The position numbers were made by a program, and so were the translations under genes. Shown in pieces: positions 43,679-55,585 of a stretch of 64,000 nt of DNA. Position 1 is the first letter of the stretch. The number at the start of each line of letters is the position of its first letter. Under the pieces are notes generated by a model. It saw only the letters and a program-made list of their open reading frames with translations. It had not been told where the DNA came from and did not search any database. Source of the DNA: a virus (lineage: Duplodnaviria; Caudoviricetes); the IMG/VR virus record IMGVR_UViG_3300014039_000013, positions 96,404 through 160,403 of that record; one strand, written 5' to 3'.

Positions 43679-45243
43679 TTGAAGATATAAATAAAAATAT
43701 TTCAGTTTGGAGGGGGGATACTACTCCCCCAACTGATTATCATCTTTGGGAAACTTCAGATGGTAAATTTAAAACAAAAATAAATGACGAGTGGAAGCAA
43801 ATAACATCTCCTACTGATAAACAACACATTGATAGATCTATATATAATATATCTACTGATATTTGGGATAAAGACAATATTTCTTTTGAAATCAATCATA
43901 ATGATGGCAAGACTAATTATATCAGTTTAAATAGCGTGTCGAAAGAATGTGCTGGATTAATGTCTTCTGACCAATTAAATACATTGGACAATTCTGTTCA
44001 GGAATTAAATATCGGTTTATCGACTACAACGGTAAATATAGGCATAGTTAAGAATGACAATCATATAGAAGTATCAACTAAATAGATTCCGTATGCCAAC
44101 TATGAATATGCTGGCGTAATGACTGCTGAAGATAAATCCAAATTAGACACTAATATCTATAATCTTGGTGTATTTAATACAACAAGAGAAGGTGAGCAAG
44201 CTGCTGCTTAGCCAGAAATTTCAGGTAATAATGAAATTGCTTTAATCCAATATAAATATGGAGAAAAATCAGCTTTAATTATTTAGCAAGTTGGAGATTT
44301 TAGAACATTGCAAACAATATTTTTAGACGGTAAACCATCAGCAAGATATATTATATTTACTGATAATAATCGTAACGAAGTACAAAGTATATCTAGGTGG
44401 TAGAAATGTGGTATTACAAATTTAGAATATAATGATAACAATCATAAATTAAATGTTAAATTTTTACTTGATACTTTCGATGATGCGGGAGTAGTATTAC
44501 CTACTGCTGGAAATTATAATTGGGGGTTAATAGATAAAATAACATACGACCAAGCTGTTGACTTATATACAAAATTGCATAATATTACTTTAAAATCTGT
44601 TACTCCAACTAGTTCTAATATTTTAAAGTCTTATCAGTTATTAGACAGTGATAATCATGTATTAGGAGATACAATTAATATACCAAAAGACTCATCTATA
44701 AAAACAGTAGAAGTGGCTGATACAAAAGCTACAATTGATTCAAATGGCAATATAGTACATGGTTAGGGTGATACTGCATTAAGTATTGTCTACATATTAT
44801 CTGATGGAACTTATAAAATTGTTAATTTATCATTGATCAAATTTTTAGAAGAATCTGAATTTGGCGACGGATTAGAAGTTAATGACCACAAAGTAAGTGT
44901 AAAAATTAATGATGATTCATCAGATTATTTAAGTAGATCTGAAAACGGATTGAGTATATCAACTGTTATAGAATCTTTAAATAATAAGTTAAATAATTCT
45001 GGTGATAACAAATATTTAGGAAAATTAATAATTAGTAGTTCGCATGATACTGTAAATAATATTACTATTGGTTCTGGATTAATCACAGCTGGATTAGATA
45101 GTTAGAAACATATACAATTATCAAGTTCAAATATAGTATCTATTGATGGTGATATTCAAGATAAATTCTGTACAGAAACTATTATTGATAAAAAAGATAA
45201 AGAGTTAAAACAAGAAATATTAAATTTATTAATTGCTAAATAA
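43675..45243 (+). CDS. Tail fibre-like protein, 522 aa (TAG=Gln)
   Basis: Joins 43675, 44575 and 44833; AGLMS and AGVMTAEDK fibre repeats. Confidence 0.72.
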
Positions 45244-45245
45244 TT

Positions 45246-46268
45246 ATGGGAAATATTGTTGGAAATCAATTTGGTTTAGTTGCTTCTAAAAATCAAGAAA
45301 CAGCTATTACTGATAGTAAAGCTACAGGAAATGAAGCAAAGTTTTATATAACTAAAAATAATAGTGATAATACAGGTACAACCTGTAATGCAGCAGGAAA
45401 TGCTGAAGATAGCATTGCTCTTACCATTAATGGTAATGTACTTAGAGGTATGAGCAAAAAGCAAGAAGAGACGGTAAACAAATATATAGATGTTAATCCT
45501 GCAACTGTTTATAAGTTTAAGGGCACAGTTGCTAATTATACAGCTCTTACTAAAATAACTTCAGTTAAAGCAGGTGATGTTTATAATGTAACAGATCCTA
45601 CTTCTGCAGGTTATCCTAAAGAAACTAACTTTGCTGCCACTAAAGATGGTACAGGTGCTACAAAAGATATTTGGGATTCTTTGGGTGGTATAAGCATGAC
45701 TATAGCTACCGCTGATAAAGCAAATATTACTAATGATTACGCTAATAGTCACGTTAAAAGGGTTGCTATACGGGTTGGCACCAATCCTTCTGTAAGAAAT
45801 ACAGCAGCAGATAGTATAGAATTTTATGTAGGAACAGGATTAACAGCTACTAACTATTTAAATGGTGTCTCAATAGAACCTTCTTTAGGAGATGGTCTTG
45901 AATTAGTTGTAAGCAGCAAAAGTGACACTGCTGCTATTGATTTAAACAGCAGCAAAGTTGGAGATTATGCCGAAAGTCGTATACATAGTAAATTAAGTTC
46001 GTTTATACCAAATGGTGATGCCCTTACTGTCATAGGCACTGGTAGTGATACTAAGTTAAGTATTCTACTTGCTACTAATTATAAGGCTAATGTGGGTAGT
46101 CATGGTTATCCTGGTTGGGAAGATGCTGTGCCTGGGCTTATAGGAATACACTCTTTATCTCCTGCTGGTATAGATGGGCAAGGTTTATATATCAGTAAAT
46201 CTATACTTAGTATGTTTGTGCAAGGTCTTATAGACATTGCAATATCGAGTTATCTGAATGCAAAATAA
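45246..46268 (+). CDS. Tail/virion fibre-like protein, no TAG
   Basis: YKFKGTV...GDVYNV...WDSLGG motif. Confidence 0.7.
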   Translation: MGNIVGNQFGLVASKNQETAITDSKATGNEAKFYITKNNSDNTGTTCNAAGNAEDSIALTINGNVLRGMSKKQEETVNKYIDVNPATVYKFKGTVANYTALTKITSVKAGDVYNVTDPTSAGYPKETNFAATKDGTGATKDIWDSLGGISMTIATADKANITNDYANSHVKRVAIRVGTNPSVRNTAADSIEFYVGTGLTATNYLNGVSIEPSLGDGLELVVSSKSDTAAIDLNSSKVGDYAESRIHSKLSSFIPNGDALTVIGTGSDTKLSILLATNYKANVGSHGYPGWEDAVPGLIGIHSLSPAGIDGQGLYISKSILSMFVQGLIDIAISSYLNAK

Positions 46269-46286
46269 ATCAAATAATAATTAGTA

Positions 46287-47171
46287 ATGGAAGAGAAAAA
46301 AGATATTCAAGTAAGTGTAGTAATTACTGCATATAATGTAGAGAAGTATATTAAAAAAGCAATTGATTCGGTATTAAATCAAACTTATAATAAGAATATT
46401 GAATTGATTGTAGTAGAAGATTGTTCAACAGATAATACGCTTAGCATAATTAAGGATTTACAAAATTCTGAAACCTCACTACCAATCAATCTGATTCAAC
46501 ATAAAGAGAATCAAGGTGCAGGTATTTCAAGAAGAGATGGTATTAAAGCTGCTACAGGAGATTATGTAATGCTTCTTGATGCTGATGATTGGATTAATAA
46601 TGATTATATAGAACACCTTGTAGCAAGACAGCAAGAAACAGATGCTGATATTGTAGGAGGTGGAATTGCATATTATTATGAAGAAGATGACCATTATAAG
46701 GTAGAAACTTATGGTACTCATGTTAGTGAGGGATTCCAGAAGTTTAAGGACTATCAAAATGGTAGAATAGTCTTTCTTAATAATAAGATTGTTAGACGTT
46801 CTATGTATGATAAGGTTGAGTATTGCGGCAGAAGATATGTAGAGGATACTCCTGTTATTATGAAGCTTCTTTATTATGCAAATAAAGTAGCCTATGTTAA
46901 TGAAGCAGGATATAATTATTTGCAGAGAAGTGGTTCTCTTTGTCATGAATCATCTGCATGGAAACATCAGCTATTTAGTGCATTATGCTGTGCAGAATTG
47001 ATTGAATGGTTTAAGGATAAAGAAGAGCCTTATAATAAGATATTTAATCTTAATCAATTTGTAATGTATCTAAAGAATATGCAACAATATCAAGTTGCCA
47101 CAGAAGAAGTTGCTAAATATATTATAGAATATAATACTTGCTTTTCATATTTGTTAAATAATATAAAATAA
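46287..47171 (+). CDS. Family 2 glycosyltransferase, no TAG
   Basis: VSVVITAYN, VEDCSTD, LLDADD, VED, YNYLQRSGS. Confidence 0.93.
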   Translation: MEEKKDIQVSVVITAYNVEKYIKKAIDSVLNQTYNKNIELIVVEDCSTDNTLSIIKDLQNSETSLPINLIQHKENQGAGISRRDGIKAATGDYVMLLDADDWINNDYIEHLVARQQETDADIVGGGIAYYYEEDDHYKVETYGTHVSEGFQKFKDYQNGRIVFLNNKIVRRSMYDKVEYCGRRYVEDTPVIMKLLYYANKVAYVNEAGYNYLQRSGSLCHESSAWKHQLFSALCCAELIEWFKDKEEPYNKIFNLNQFVMYLKNMQQYQVATEEVAKYIIEYNTCFSYLLNNIK

Positions 47172-47425
47172 TGTCGCAAACATTAAATAAGAATTTTGAT
47201 CATTAGTCTTTATAGGTAAGTGTCTTAAAAGATGTTCCAAGTGGGCAAGATTTTGAGATTGATAATGGATTTTTAATTAAAAATATTACAGAAGACGATA
47301 TTGAGTTAACTATAATTCCATTACATCAAAAAGAATCTATAAAGACTATTTTTTATTCAGGTTGGAATCCTGAATTAGTTAAAAAGATTATTAATGTTCC
47401 TTCAGGAATACAAATAGGTTATTAA
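47171..47425 (+). CDS. Small hypothetical protein (TAG=Gln)
   Basis: Read-through ORF filling the gap exactly; GWNPELV. Confidence 0.65.
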
Positions 47426-47427
47426 TT

Positions 47428-49590
47428 ATGGGATTAACAATAACAGGTAATAAAATAACAGGAGGAGCTAAAGCTAAAGTAGTTGACTCCCTTCCTGATA
47501 AAGGAAGTTCAAATTCTATATATTTAATTCCTAATAAAACTACAGGAGATAATAAATATGATGAGTATATTTGGATTAAAGATACTGAACATCCTGAAGG
47601 ATATTTTGAAAAAGTAGGACAAAGAGATATTGATTTAGAGCCTTATGCTACAAAAGAGTATGTAAGTAGCAATTATTTTAGAAGTACTACTGAGGGTAGA
47701 ATGGAGGTTTTAATGCCTATTTCTACATTTTCAGAGGGGCTTTCAATAAAAAAATCTGATAATAGTGAACGTAGTTTTATTAAAATATATCCTAGTACTA
47801 TATATCTCGATAGTAGTTCTATAGTTTTATCTTCTCATATACAAATTGGAAGTTATAAAATGGTTGGAGATGGTGATTTGCATGGTATTTATGTCAGTGA
47901 TTATTTTACAGCAAATAAGCTAGTAACTCCTACTTTAGATGCGTCATCAATTAAAATTGGCTACGAGGGTATACGTATTATAGGTACGAGATATAAGTTA
48001 TCAACCGATTCAAACGAAATGCTTGTTCCTAATGTACTTAGCGGTGCATTTGGTAAAGTATACATATCATCACATGTAGATGAATTATTAGACAATAAAG
48101 TAGACAAAGTTGAAGGAAAAGGATTAAGCAGTAATGATTTTACTGATACTCAAAAAACACAATTAGAATCATTACATGATAGTGCTAAAACCTCTATAGA
48201 TACTCCAGTTGTTTCTACTGATACCATAAAAACAACTTTTCATTCTTTAGGACATACAGCAGCAACTACTATTACTTACCCAGCAGCAACTACTACTACA
48301 GCAGGTGTAATGAGTGCTTCTGATAAAGTAAAAGTTGATAGTATTGATATACTTGCAGGTACTATAAATCACGTAACTGATACTATTAGTTCTTCTTATT
48401 ATTCTAAAACAGATGTTGATAAAAAGTTAGAATTAGAAGCCAAAGCTAATACAACAGCATTAGAAAATACAAAAGAAGAATTAAATACTAAAATAGATCA
48501 ATCTCTTTCAAATAAAGCTGATAAAACGAAGGTTTCTACTACTGCTGATGGCCTTATGAGTAAGGAAGATAAAATTCTTTTTGATAAGTTAAAATCTGTT
48601 CCGGCATTAAGTCATATTAATGATGATAATGCTTTTACGACGTCAAAAACAGGAGTAACACTTAATTATACTTGTTATGATTCTACATAGTGGGGTCTTA
48701 GTGGAACTTCGCACAATACTCAATTACCAGTAGCGTCTTCTTCACAAGCAGGTATTATAACTGTTGTTGATAAACAAAAATTAGACAATTTTGAAGAGTC
48801 ATTATCAAATGATGAAATAACAGAAATTGGTGGGTCTGTAATAACAAGTGATAATATTTCTGTAGATTCAAGAATAAATAATTTACAAACACAGGTAGAT
48901 AAAAATACTAAAGCTATTGAAAAATTATCACCAAAAGAACAACTCTTTATAGATCTTTGGAATAGTGCTTGTGGTAGCAATGGTAAATATAATACAGAAA
49001 CAGGTTATTATGAATTAAACGGACTGACCGATATTACTTATGATGAAGCGTTACTCATTTATTTGCATAGCTCTAACCCTTATCCCACTAAAGTAGGAAG
49101 TACTGATAGAACTAATTTGGTTAGATTAGCAGCAAACCCAGTTATATCATGTGGAATAAGTAACATTGCTGCAGCTGCATCTAAATTAGAAATATTTAGA
49201 ATACCAAATTTAAGTATATATGACAGTAGCTGGTCTTTTATGTCGTGTGGTAATTTAACTATAATTATTGGAGATTTTACTACATATAATACTGTAACTA
49301 GTAATACATTTAGAGGATGTATAAAATTAACAGCAATACATATGGGTATTGGTGGAAATTGTTCTGTAAGTTTTCAAGATTCACCATTATTGACCTATGA
49401 TTCAATTAAATATACAATAGAGCATGCAAGAAATACTTCTGCAATAACAATTACAGTACATCCAACAACATACGCTTATCTCACAGGTACTACTGCGCCA
49501 ACAACACAAGTAGGAGGTACAACAGAAGAATGGCAGGCTTTGGTAACAGCTGCCACAGCTAAGAAAATATCATTTGCAACAACAAATTAA
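47428..49590 (+). CDS. Tail fibre, 720 aa, single TAG at 48688
   Basis: Joins ORFs 47428 and 49063; GKGLSSNDFT, AGVMSASDK, DGLMSKEDK; LRR-like C-terminus. Confidence 0.78.
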
Positions 49591-49592
49591 TT

Positions 49593-49751
49593 ATGATAAA
49601 AATAGAAGGAAATCAAATATATAGTACAGATAAATATCTTCATAGAAAAGATGATGAAGCATATTTTAAAAGATGCATACTTCTTGAAGGTGATAATGAA
49701 GATTCTTTTGAAGAAGTTGATGAAATACCTAATATTGATATAAATGAGTAA
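49593..49751 (+). CDS. Small protein, possible fibre chaperone
   Basis: 52 aa filling the gap. Confidence 0.5.
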   Translation: MIKIEGNQIYSTDKYLHRKDDEAYFKRCILLEGDNEDSFEEVDEIPNIDINE

Positions 49752-51324
49752 GTACGTATCAAAAGAAAATTTATAGTAGTATGATGCTATAATTAAGGGT
49801 TATATTAAAGATAAATTACAAAATGATGAAATGCAAATAGATATATATTCTTATGGTATTTAGTGGAAACCAAATACAAATTAGCCAGTAAGAATTGGTA
49901 ATCCATTATATCATAAATCATTACCAATACAATCTCAAATGAGAGGCTGTATAGCAAAAGGTAAAGTAATTAACTATTATTTGAATCCTACTGACTGGGA
50001 AGAGCCTTATGAAAATGCTCCGAATATAAAGAGTGTTAAATTAAATTCATATACAGATACAATATTAACATTTAATATATCAAATTCAAACGCAATTTTT
50101 TCAATAGGTAATAAAGTAAGATGTTATAATGATGATACTATAGTAGAAGGAATTATTACCTCAATTAATAGTACACAATTAATTGTAACATTTGAATCAA
50201 TAAAATTAGGAAACCTTGCTTCTGATCAAACATATACTATTGTACGAATGCCTAGATTAGACGGATATGATGGGCAAGTAATGATTGAAATACCAAAATT
50301 TTATTTATGGAGCACAACAAGTGATACTACATATTCTGTAAGAATAAGTGAAAAGAAATTAGTGGATTATGCATTAGAAATTCCTCATCTATTATTAAGT
50401 GCATATAAAGTTACATTATTGCGTTCTGTTCCTGAAAATATGGGATGGCTTAGTACATTACAAGCTAATACAGCTGTATCTATAATGAATAAAAACGCCT
50501 ATTGTAGAGGTGGAAGCAATCGTTCTAATAGAGATACATTAAATGAAATTCAAACAGATTTACAAAAACCTGTTACTAATTAGACTAAACAAAATATGGA
50601 GTTATATGCTAGGAAATCAGATGGTCATATTTTGTGTTATGAATATTATAAAGCTATATTTTATTGGTTATTTGCTATTGAATACTGTACATTTAATTGT
50701 CAAAATAATTTTAATGCAAATTTAACTAGTGATGGCTATCATCAAGGGGGTCTTGGAGCAGGTGTAACAAATTTAAGCGATAGCGTATGGTCAAATCTAA
50801 ATAGCTATAATCCAGTAACTCCTATAGGTATTACAAATAAAATTGGAAATGAATCAGGAGCAATATCAATAAAGTATAAAGACGATAATTTAACATATCC
50901 TAATAGATATAGGGGACTAGAAAATCCATTTGGTGATGTATGGCTGAATTTGTCAGGATGCTGCATGATTACAATTGATAAAATTTCTAAATTGTATACT
51001 ACTACAAATCCAGAATTATATAATTAGACAAGCACATTAGATGGGTATGTATATAAAGGAACATTTGGATCTTCTTCTAATTATGTATGTGAATTCGATA
51101 TTTAGAAATAGGGCGAGTTAATTATAAAAGACGGTGCATCATACCAATCTTCTAAATTTGATTATTTTTATACAAATTTAAATAATGGTTTATTTACTTT
51201 GCTGCTGGGTGGCCGCGCGTTCAGCGGTTCTAGTGCGGGCTTCGGTTCTGCTTTTGTCAACGGCAGCCTTTCTGCTGCGTGGTCTGATGTGGCTTTTAGG
51301 ACTTACACAATAATAGATGATTAA
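49744..51324 (+). CDS. DGR target protein with C-terminal CLec-type variable domain, 526 aa, 8 TAG
   Basis: Joins 49939 and 50596; YRGLENPFGDVW; ends LLGG...GFG...VAFR with VR at the 3' end. Confidence 0.88.
51198..51299 (+). repeat. DGR variable repeat (VR)
   Basis: Ungapped match to 51478-51579; 16 of 20 mismatches are at TR adenines. Confidence 0.9.
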
Positions 51325-51343
51325 TTTTTAATTAAGATAAAAA

Positions 51344-51375
51344 TTTGTTTGTTTCAAAATAATACGATAAATTTA
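51344..51375 (+). promoter_or_regulatory. Bacteroidetes-type promoter for the DGR RNA
   Basis: TTTG-N20-TAAATTTA (consensus TTTG-N19-21-TAnnTTTG). Confidence 0.45.
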
Positions 51376-51383
51376 TAGTAAAC

Positions 51384-51459
51384 AGTTGGAGAAATCGGGG
51401 TGCTCGCAAAAACTGGCTAGACCGAAAAATGAGCATCGACACTCGAAACTTCTCCAACT
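51384..51459 (+). ncRNA. Structured element 5' of TR
   Basis: AGTTGGAGAA/TTCTCCAACT enclosing TCGGG/CTCGA and GGTGCTC/GAGCATC. Confidence 0.6.
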
Positions 51460-51477
51460 TTTTTGGTTATATAATTA

Positions 51478-51579
51478 TTTACTACTGAGTGGCGGCGCGA
51501 ACAACGGTTCTGGTGCGGGCTTCGGTTATGATAATGTCGACAGCGGCCTTTCTGATGCGTGGTCTAATGTAGCTATTAA
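51478..51579 (+). repeat. DGR template repeat (TR)
   Basis: A-richer copy of VR located between target and RT. Confidence 0.85.
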
Positions 51580-51676
51580 TCGTACACATATAAATTAGAT
51601 TATATAACCATACCTCTTGGTAAAAAATAAAGTAGATTTGGAACGGATTAGTAAATTTATGAAAATCACTAGTACA

Positions 51677-52891
51677 ATGCAGAAATATAAAAAACTTAAA
51701 TAGTACGATTTAATAGAAGTAATCGCTCATAGAAAAAATTTAATTTTAGCTGATAAGACTGCTAGAAAAGGAAAACATTATAGAGCTATAGCTAAACATG
51801 ATTTAAAATTAGAAGAACATTATAACAATATTACAAATATGTTGTTAAACAATACATACAAAACTTCTAAATACAAATTAAGTAAAATTTATGAACCTAA
51901 AGAGCGTATAATATATAAATTACCATATTATCCAGACAGGATAACACATCATGCAATTATGAGATTATTAAAACATATTTGGAATCGTTAGTTTATATCA
52001 ACAACATATGCTTGTATAGACAAACGTGGAATACATTCTTGTGCTAAAAAAGTTAAACAAATATTACAAGAATATCCAAATGATACTAAATATTGTTTAA
52101 AAATTGACATTAAGAAATTTTATCCGTCTATAAATAATGAAATTCTAAAAAGAATTATTAGAATAAAATTAGCAGATAAACGTTTATTAAATAATCTTGA
52201 TGAAATAATAGATTCTGTTAAAGGTGTCCCAATTGGTAATTATTTATCACAATATTTTGCAAATTTATATTTAACTTATTTTGATCGTTGGTGTAAACAA
52301 TATTGTCATTTTTATATACGTTATGCTGATGATATTGTTATATTACATAATGATAAAACATTTTTACATAATTTATTAATTGCAATAAAAATATATCTAA
52401 AACATGAATTAGATTTAGAATTAAAGCCAAATTATCAAATTTTCCCAGTTGAATCAAGAGGTATTGATTTTGTTGGATATGTTTTTAGGCACAATTATGT
52501 TTTATTAAGAAAATCAATTAAAGTTAAAATTAATAAATTATTAAATAATCGAAATAAATTAAATAATAAAAAATTTGTTAATAAATTAATGTCTTACTAC
52601 GGAATGCTTAAATTTTGTAATAGTAAACATTATTTATAGAAGATTGAAAAATTAACAGGAATACATTTAAGTAATTTTGTAGGTAAAAATATTAAAGTAA
52701 ATCAAATTAAAAGAGTTGTAAGAATCATTGAAATAGAACCACATAATAAATATTTTAAAGTGAATTTTATTTTAAACGGAAAACCTTATACTTTAAAATC
52801 TAAAAATAAATTATTATATAAAGTATTAAAATATGAATAGAATATTTGGGAATCAGCGTCCAAATTCGATAACAAGATTGATAAACAATAA
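51677..52891 (+). CDS. DGR reverse transcriptase, 404 aa, 4 in-frame TAG; absent from ORF track
   Basis: EPKERII, PDRITHHA, KIDIKKFYPSI, GVPIGNYLSQ, RYADD, GIDFVGY. Confidence 0.93.
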
Positions 52892-53174
52892 ATATATTTA
52901 TTGTTATGATATAAAATCTGAGCCAGATGTAGAAGATGAAAATGGTAATATAATTAAATAGTATTCTTGGATTTAGCTTGAATTATTTGGATTACCAAAT
53001 TATAAAGACTGTGTAAAAGCTGTAATTAGACACTTTTATACACAAGAAGAAGAATTTGATTTAATTAACTCATACAATAAATCTATTATTAATTCAGAAC
53101 CTGATGAAGATTATAAAAATTATTTAAATCTGTTATCCGAAATTAAAGAAAACGTTCATAATGATTTTTAGTAA
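52833..53174 (+). CDS. Hypothetical protein downstream of RT (TAG=Gln)
   Basis: Read-through ORF ending just before a terminator. Confidence 0.65.
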
Positions 53175-53180
53175 AATTTA

Positions 53181-53213
53181 AAAATAGCCCTCCGATTTTG
53201 GAGGGCTATTTTT
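53181..53213 (+). terminator. Rho-independent terminator
   Basis: AAAATAGCCCTCC-GATTTT-GGAGGGCTATTTTT. Confidence 0.88.
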
Positions 53214-53220
53214 GTATAAA

Positions 53221-53252
53221 TTTGTTTATAAAATTTAAAAAGTATATATTTG
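53221..53252 (+). promoter_or_regulatory. Consensus Bacteroidetes housekeeping promoter
   Basis: TTTG (53221-53224)-N20-TATATTTG (53245-53252). Confidence 0.7.
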
Positions 53253-53319
53253 TAGTATGATCATTAATTAACTTAATTTCGCGAAGTTATATTTACCAAC
53301 AATTTTTAAATTTTTTATT

Positions 53320-54231
53320 ATGAGTGAAAGCAAAGTATTTATGTTGCCAGATTCAAATCAAAGTTAGATTGATCCGAACCTTATGATGGCATTGAATCAA
53401 AATGGAGGTTTTGGTGGCAATGGAAACTGGATGTGGATTTTCTTTTTATGGTTTTTGTGGCCTTTAATGCGAGGAAATGGATTTGGATTAAATGGATAGA
53501 CCGATGGATTTGGTCCATTAGCTAATTAGATTAATAATGACAATGGTAGAGAATTATTAATGCAGGCTATTAATAGAAACGGTTAGGCTATTGATAATTT
53601 GGCTAGTATGTTTGGATGTAAAACTGATACAATTACATAGGCTATTAATGGTGTAATGGGACAAATTTCTAATGTTGGAAATTAGGTTGGTATGTCTGGT
53701 ATGCAAATTATTAATGCTGTTCAAGCTGGCAATACTCAACTTGGATAGCAAATTGCATCTTGTTGCTGTGAAAATAGACTGGCAACATGTCAGCAAACTA
53801 ACACGCTTCAAAATGCCATTAATAATGTTGCTGTTGGACAAGAAAGAGGATTTAGTTCTGTTGCTTATGAAACTCAGCGTCAAACTTGTGATATTACAAA
53901 TTCTATTAAAGACGCCGTTACTAATATTACTGCTCAATTTGGTGATTTAAAAACACAAGCTCTTCAAGATAAACTTGATACTTCTAGAGAAATGATTTCT
54001 ACTTTAAAGAATCAATTATCTAACGAACATCAAACCGCAGCCGTAAATCAAATAGTTGCGCAAGCTACAGCTCCACTTGGTGTTGCATTAAATGGCTTAC
54101 AATCTGAAGTTAATAATATTAAATGCCAACTTCCGCAGACTGTTACATTACCTTATTCTTGTGCAACTGCCGTTCCAACCGCATTGGCATATAATTATGG
54201 TTTATTAAATAATACTGGTTTTTGGGCTTAA
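53320..54231 (+). CDS. 'CCC' protein: Gly-flanked TM + coiled coil, 303 aa (TAG=Gln)
   Basis: GGFGGNGNWMWIFFLWFLW...IASCCCENRL; includes the 53992 fragment. Confidence 0.82.
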
Positions 54232-54233
54232 TT

Positions 54234-54557
54234 ATGTTTCCATATAGTTATACTAATATAAGAGGTATAGCAGAAGTAACTAGTTCATCCATAACAGTAG
54301 GAACTTCAGAAGTTACATTTACATTTCCTAATCATTCTTTTGCACGAATGAATTATAGAGGTTGGGTTACATTAAATTTAGCTTAGGAGATTCCAAGTGG
54401 AACAACTACAACTTTACCAATAGTATTAAATACTAATGGCTCACCAATTAATTTAACTAAAAAAGGTGGTGACAATGTTACTGTAGCTGATATAACTGGA
54501 ACAGGTTATTATTTGGTATATTATAATAAATAGAATAACACTTTACAAATTCTTTAA
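54234..54557 (+). CDS. Small beta-rich protein (TAG=Gln)
   Basis: Read-through ORF; IPSGTTTTLPI, GTGYYLVYY. Confidence 0.75.
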
Positions 54558-54559
54558 TT

Positions 54560-55021
54560 ATGTTTTCATCATTATCATAGGGAACTATTGTATATATTCT
54601 TGATAAAACAGAATCTCCTAAATTAAAATATGGAGAAGTTGTTGGAGTATCAGCTCCTAAATTCTAGGCAATGAATACAGTAGTAGATTTAAAAATTAAT
54701 ATGGATGGTAATGTTTAGGATTTTAGTAATATTCCTAGTAATAATACAATAGTTTCTTATAATAATGGGAAAATTACTATTAGTGAAACTAAACAAGGTT
54801 TATCATCAGAAGTTGAATCGTCTTTACAAAATAGAAAATAGATTTTAAATAATATAGAATAGTATAAAAAAGATGTTGTATATTATGAAGAAATATTAAA
54901 GGAATTAAATCCATAGTTTGCTAAAGACAAGGAAAGAGATGATAGATTAAATAATTTAGAATAGAAATTTGAAGGTGTAGAAAGCAAGTTAGATAAAATT
55001 CTTAATCTTGTAACAAAATAA
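54560..55021 (+). CDS. Hypothetical protein with C-terminal coiled coil (TAG=Gln)
   Basis: MFSSLS(Q)GTIVYILDK. Confidence 0.75.
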
Positions 55022-55025
55022 TATT

Positions 55026-55208
55026 ATGTATATGGTCGAAATTAGCGAGGATAAATATAGCAAAATAGCAAAAGCAATTAAATGTATGATAGAAAAATCT
55101 GAATATCTAAAAGAATTGTTTGATGATGATTTAGATTTCAGAAAACGCGATCGTTATGAAGATGATTATGAAGATTATCGTCCTCATAAACGTGGAAGAT
55201 TTTATTAA
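55026..55208 (+). CDS. Small charged protein
   Basis: ORF track. Confidence 0.7.
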   Translation: MYMVEISEDKYSKIAKAIKCMIEKSEYLKELFDDDLDFRKRDRYEDDYEDYRPHKRGRFY

Positions 55209-55210
55209 TT

Positions 55211-55585
55211 ATGAAAAGCATGGACAATTACGAGGATCGTCCAGCTGCGATGAATCATTATTTATTTCATTATGGATGGCATTTTAATAAAAAGATGTTA
55301 AAGTTTGCACTAAAACATCTTCCTAAAAAGTCTGAAATATATGATAAAGACAAAGTTGATAAATTATTAGAAACTTATAATATTGAGATACCAGATTGTT
55401 TATACGATTATATATATGTATTAAATTATGCTGTTTCAATGTATTATGAATCTAGTATTACAACTGAAAAACAATTAGCGTTATTTGTTAAGGATTCATT
55501 AGAATTGGATGATTTAATTTTTACAAAATGGTATGCAAGTATGTGTAGACTTGGAATCCCAATTAATTGGGAAGATATGTTTTAA
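55211..55585 (+). CDS. Hypothetical protein
   Basis: ORF track; YGWHFNKKM...PINWEDM. Confidence 0.75.
   Translation: MKSMDNYEDRPAAMNHYLFHYGWHFNKKMLKFALKHLPKKSEIYDKDKVDKLLETYNIEIPDCLYDYIYVLNYAVSMYYESSITTEKQLALFVKDSLELDDLIFTKWYASMCRLGIPINWEDMF

Noticed and set aside
51386-51598. 70-aa ORF as a real gene
   Set aside because: It spans the stem-loop and TR; openness is expected from TR mirroring the VR frame; TTG start
51677-52891. RT as retron, group II intron or Abi RT
   Set aside because: GNYLSQ motif and an adjacent adenine-biased repeat pair indicate a DGR
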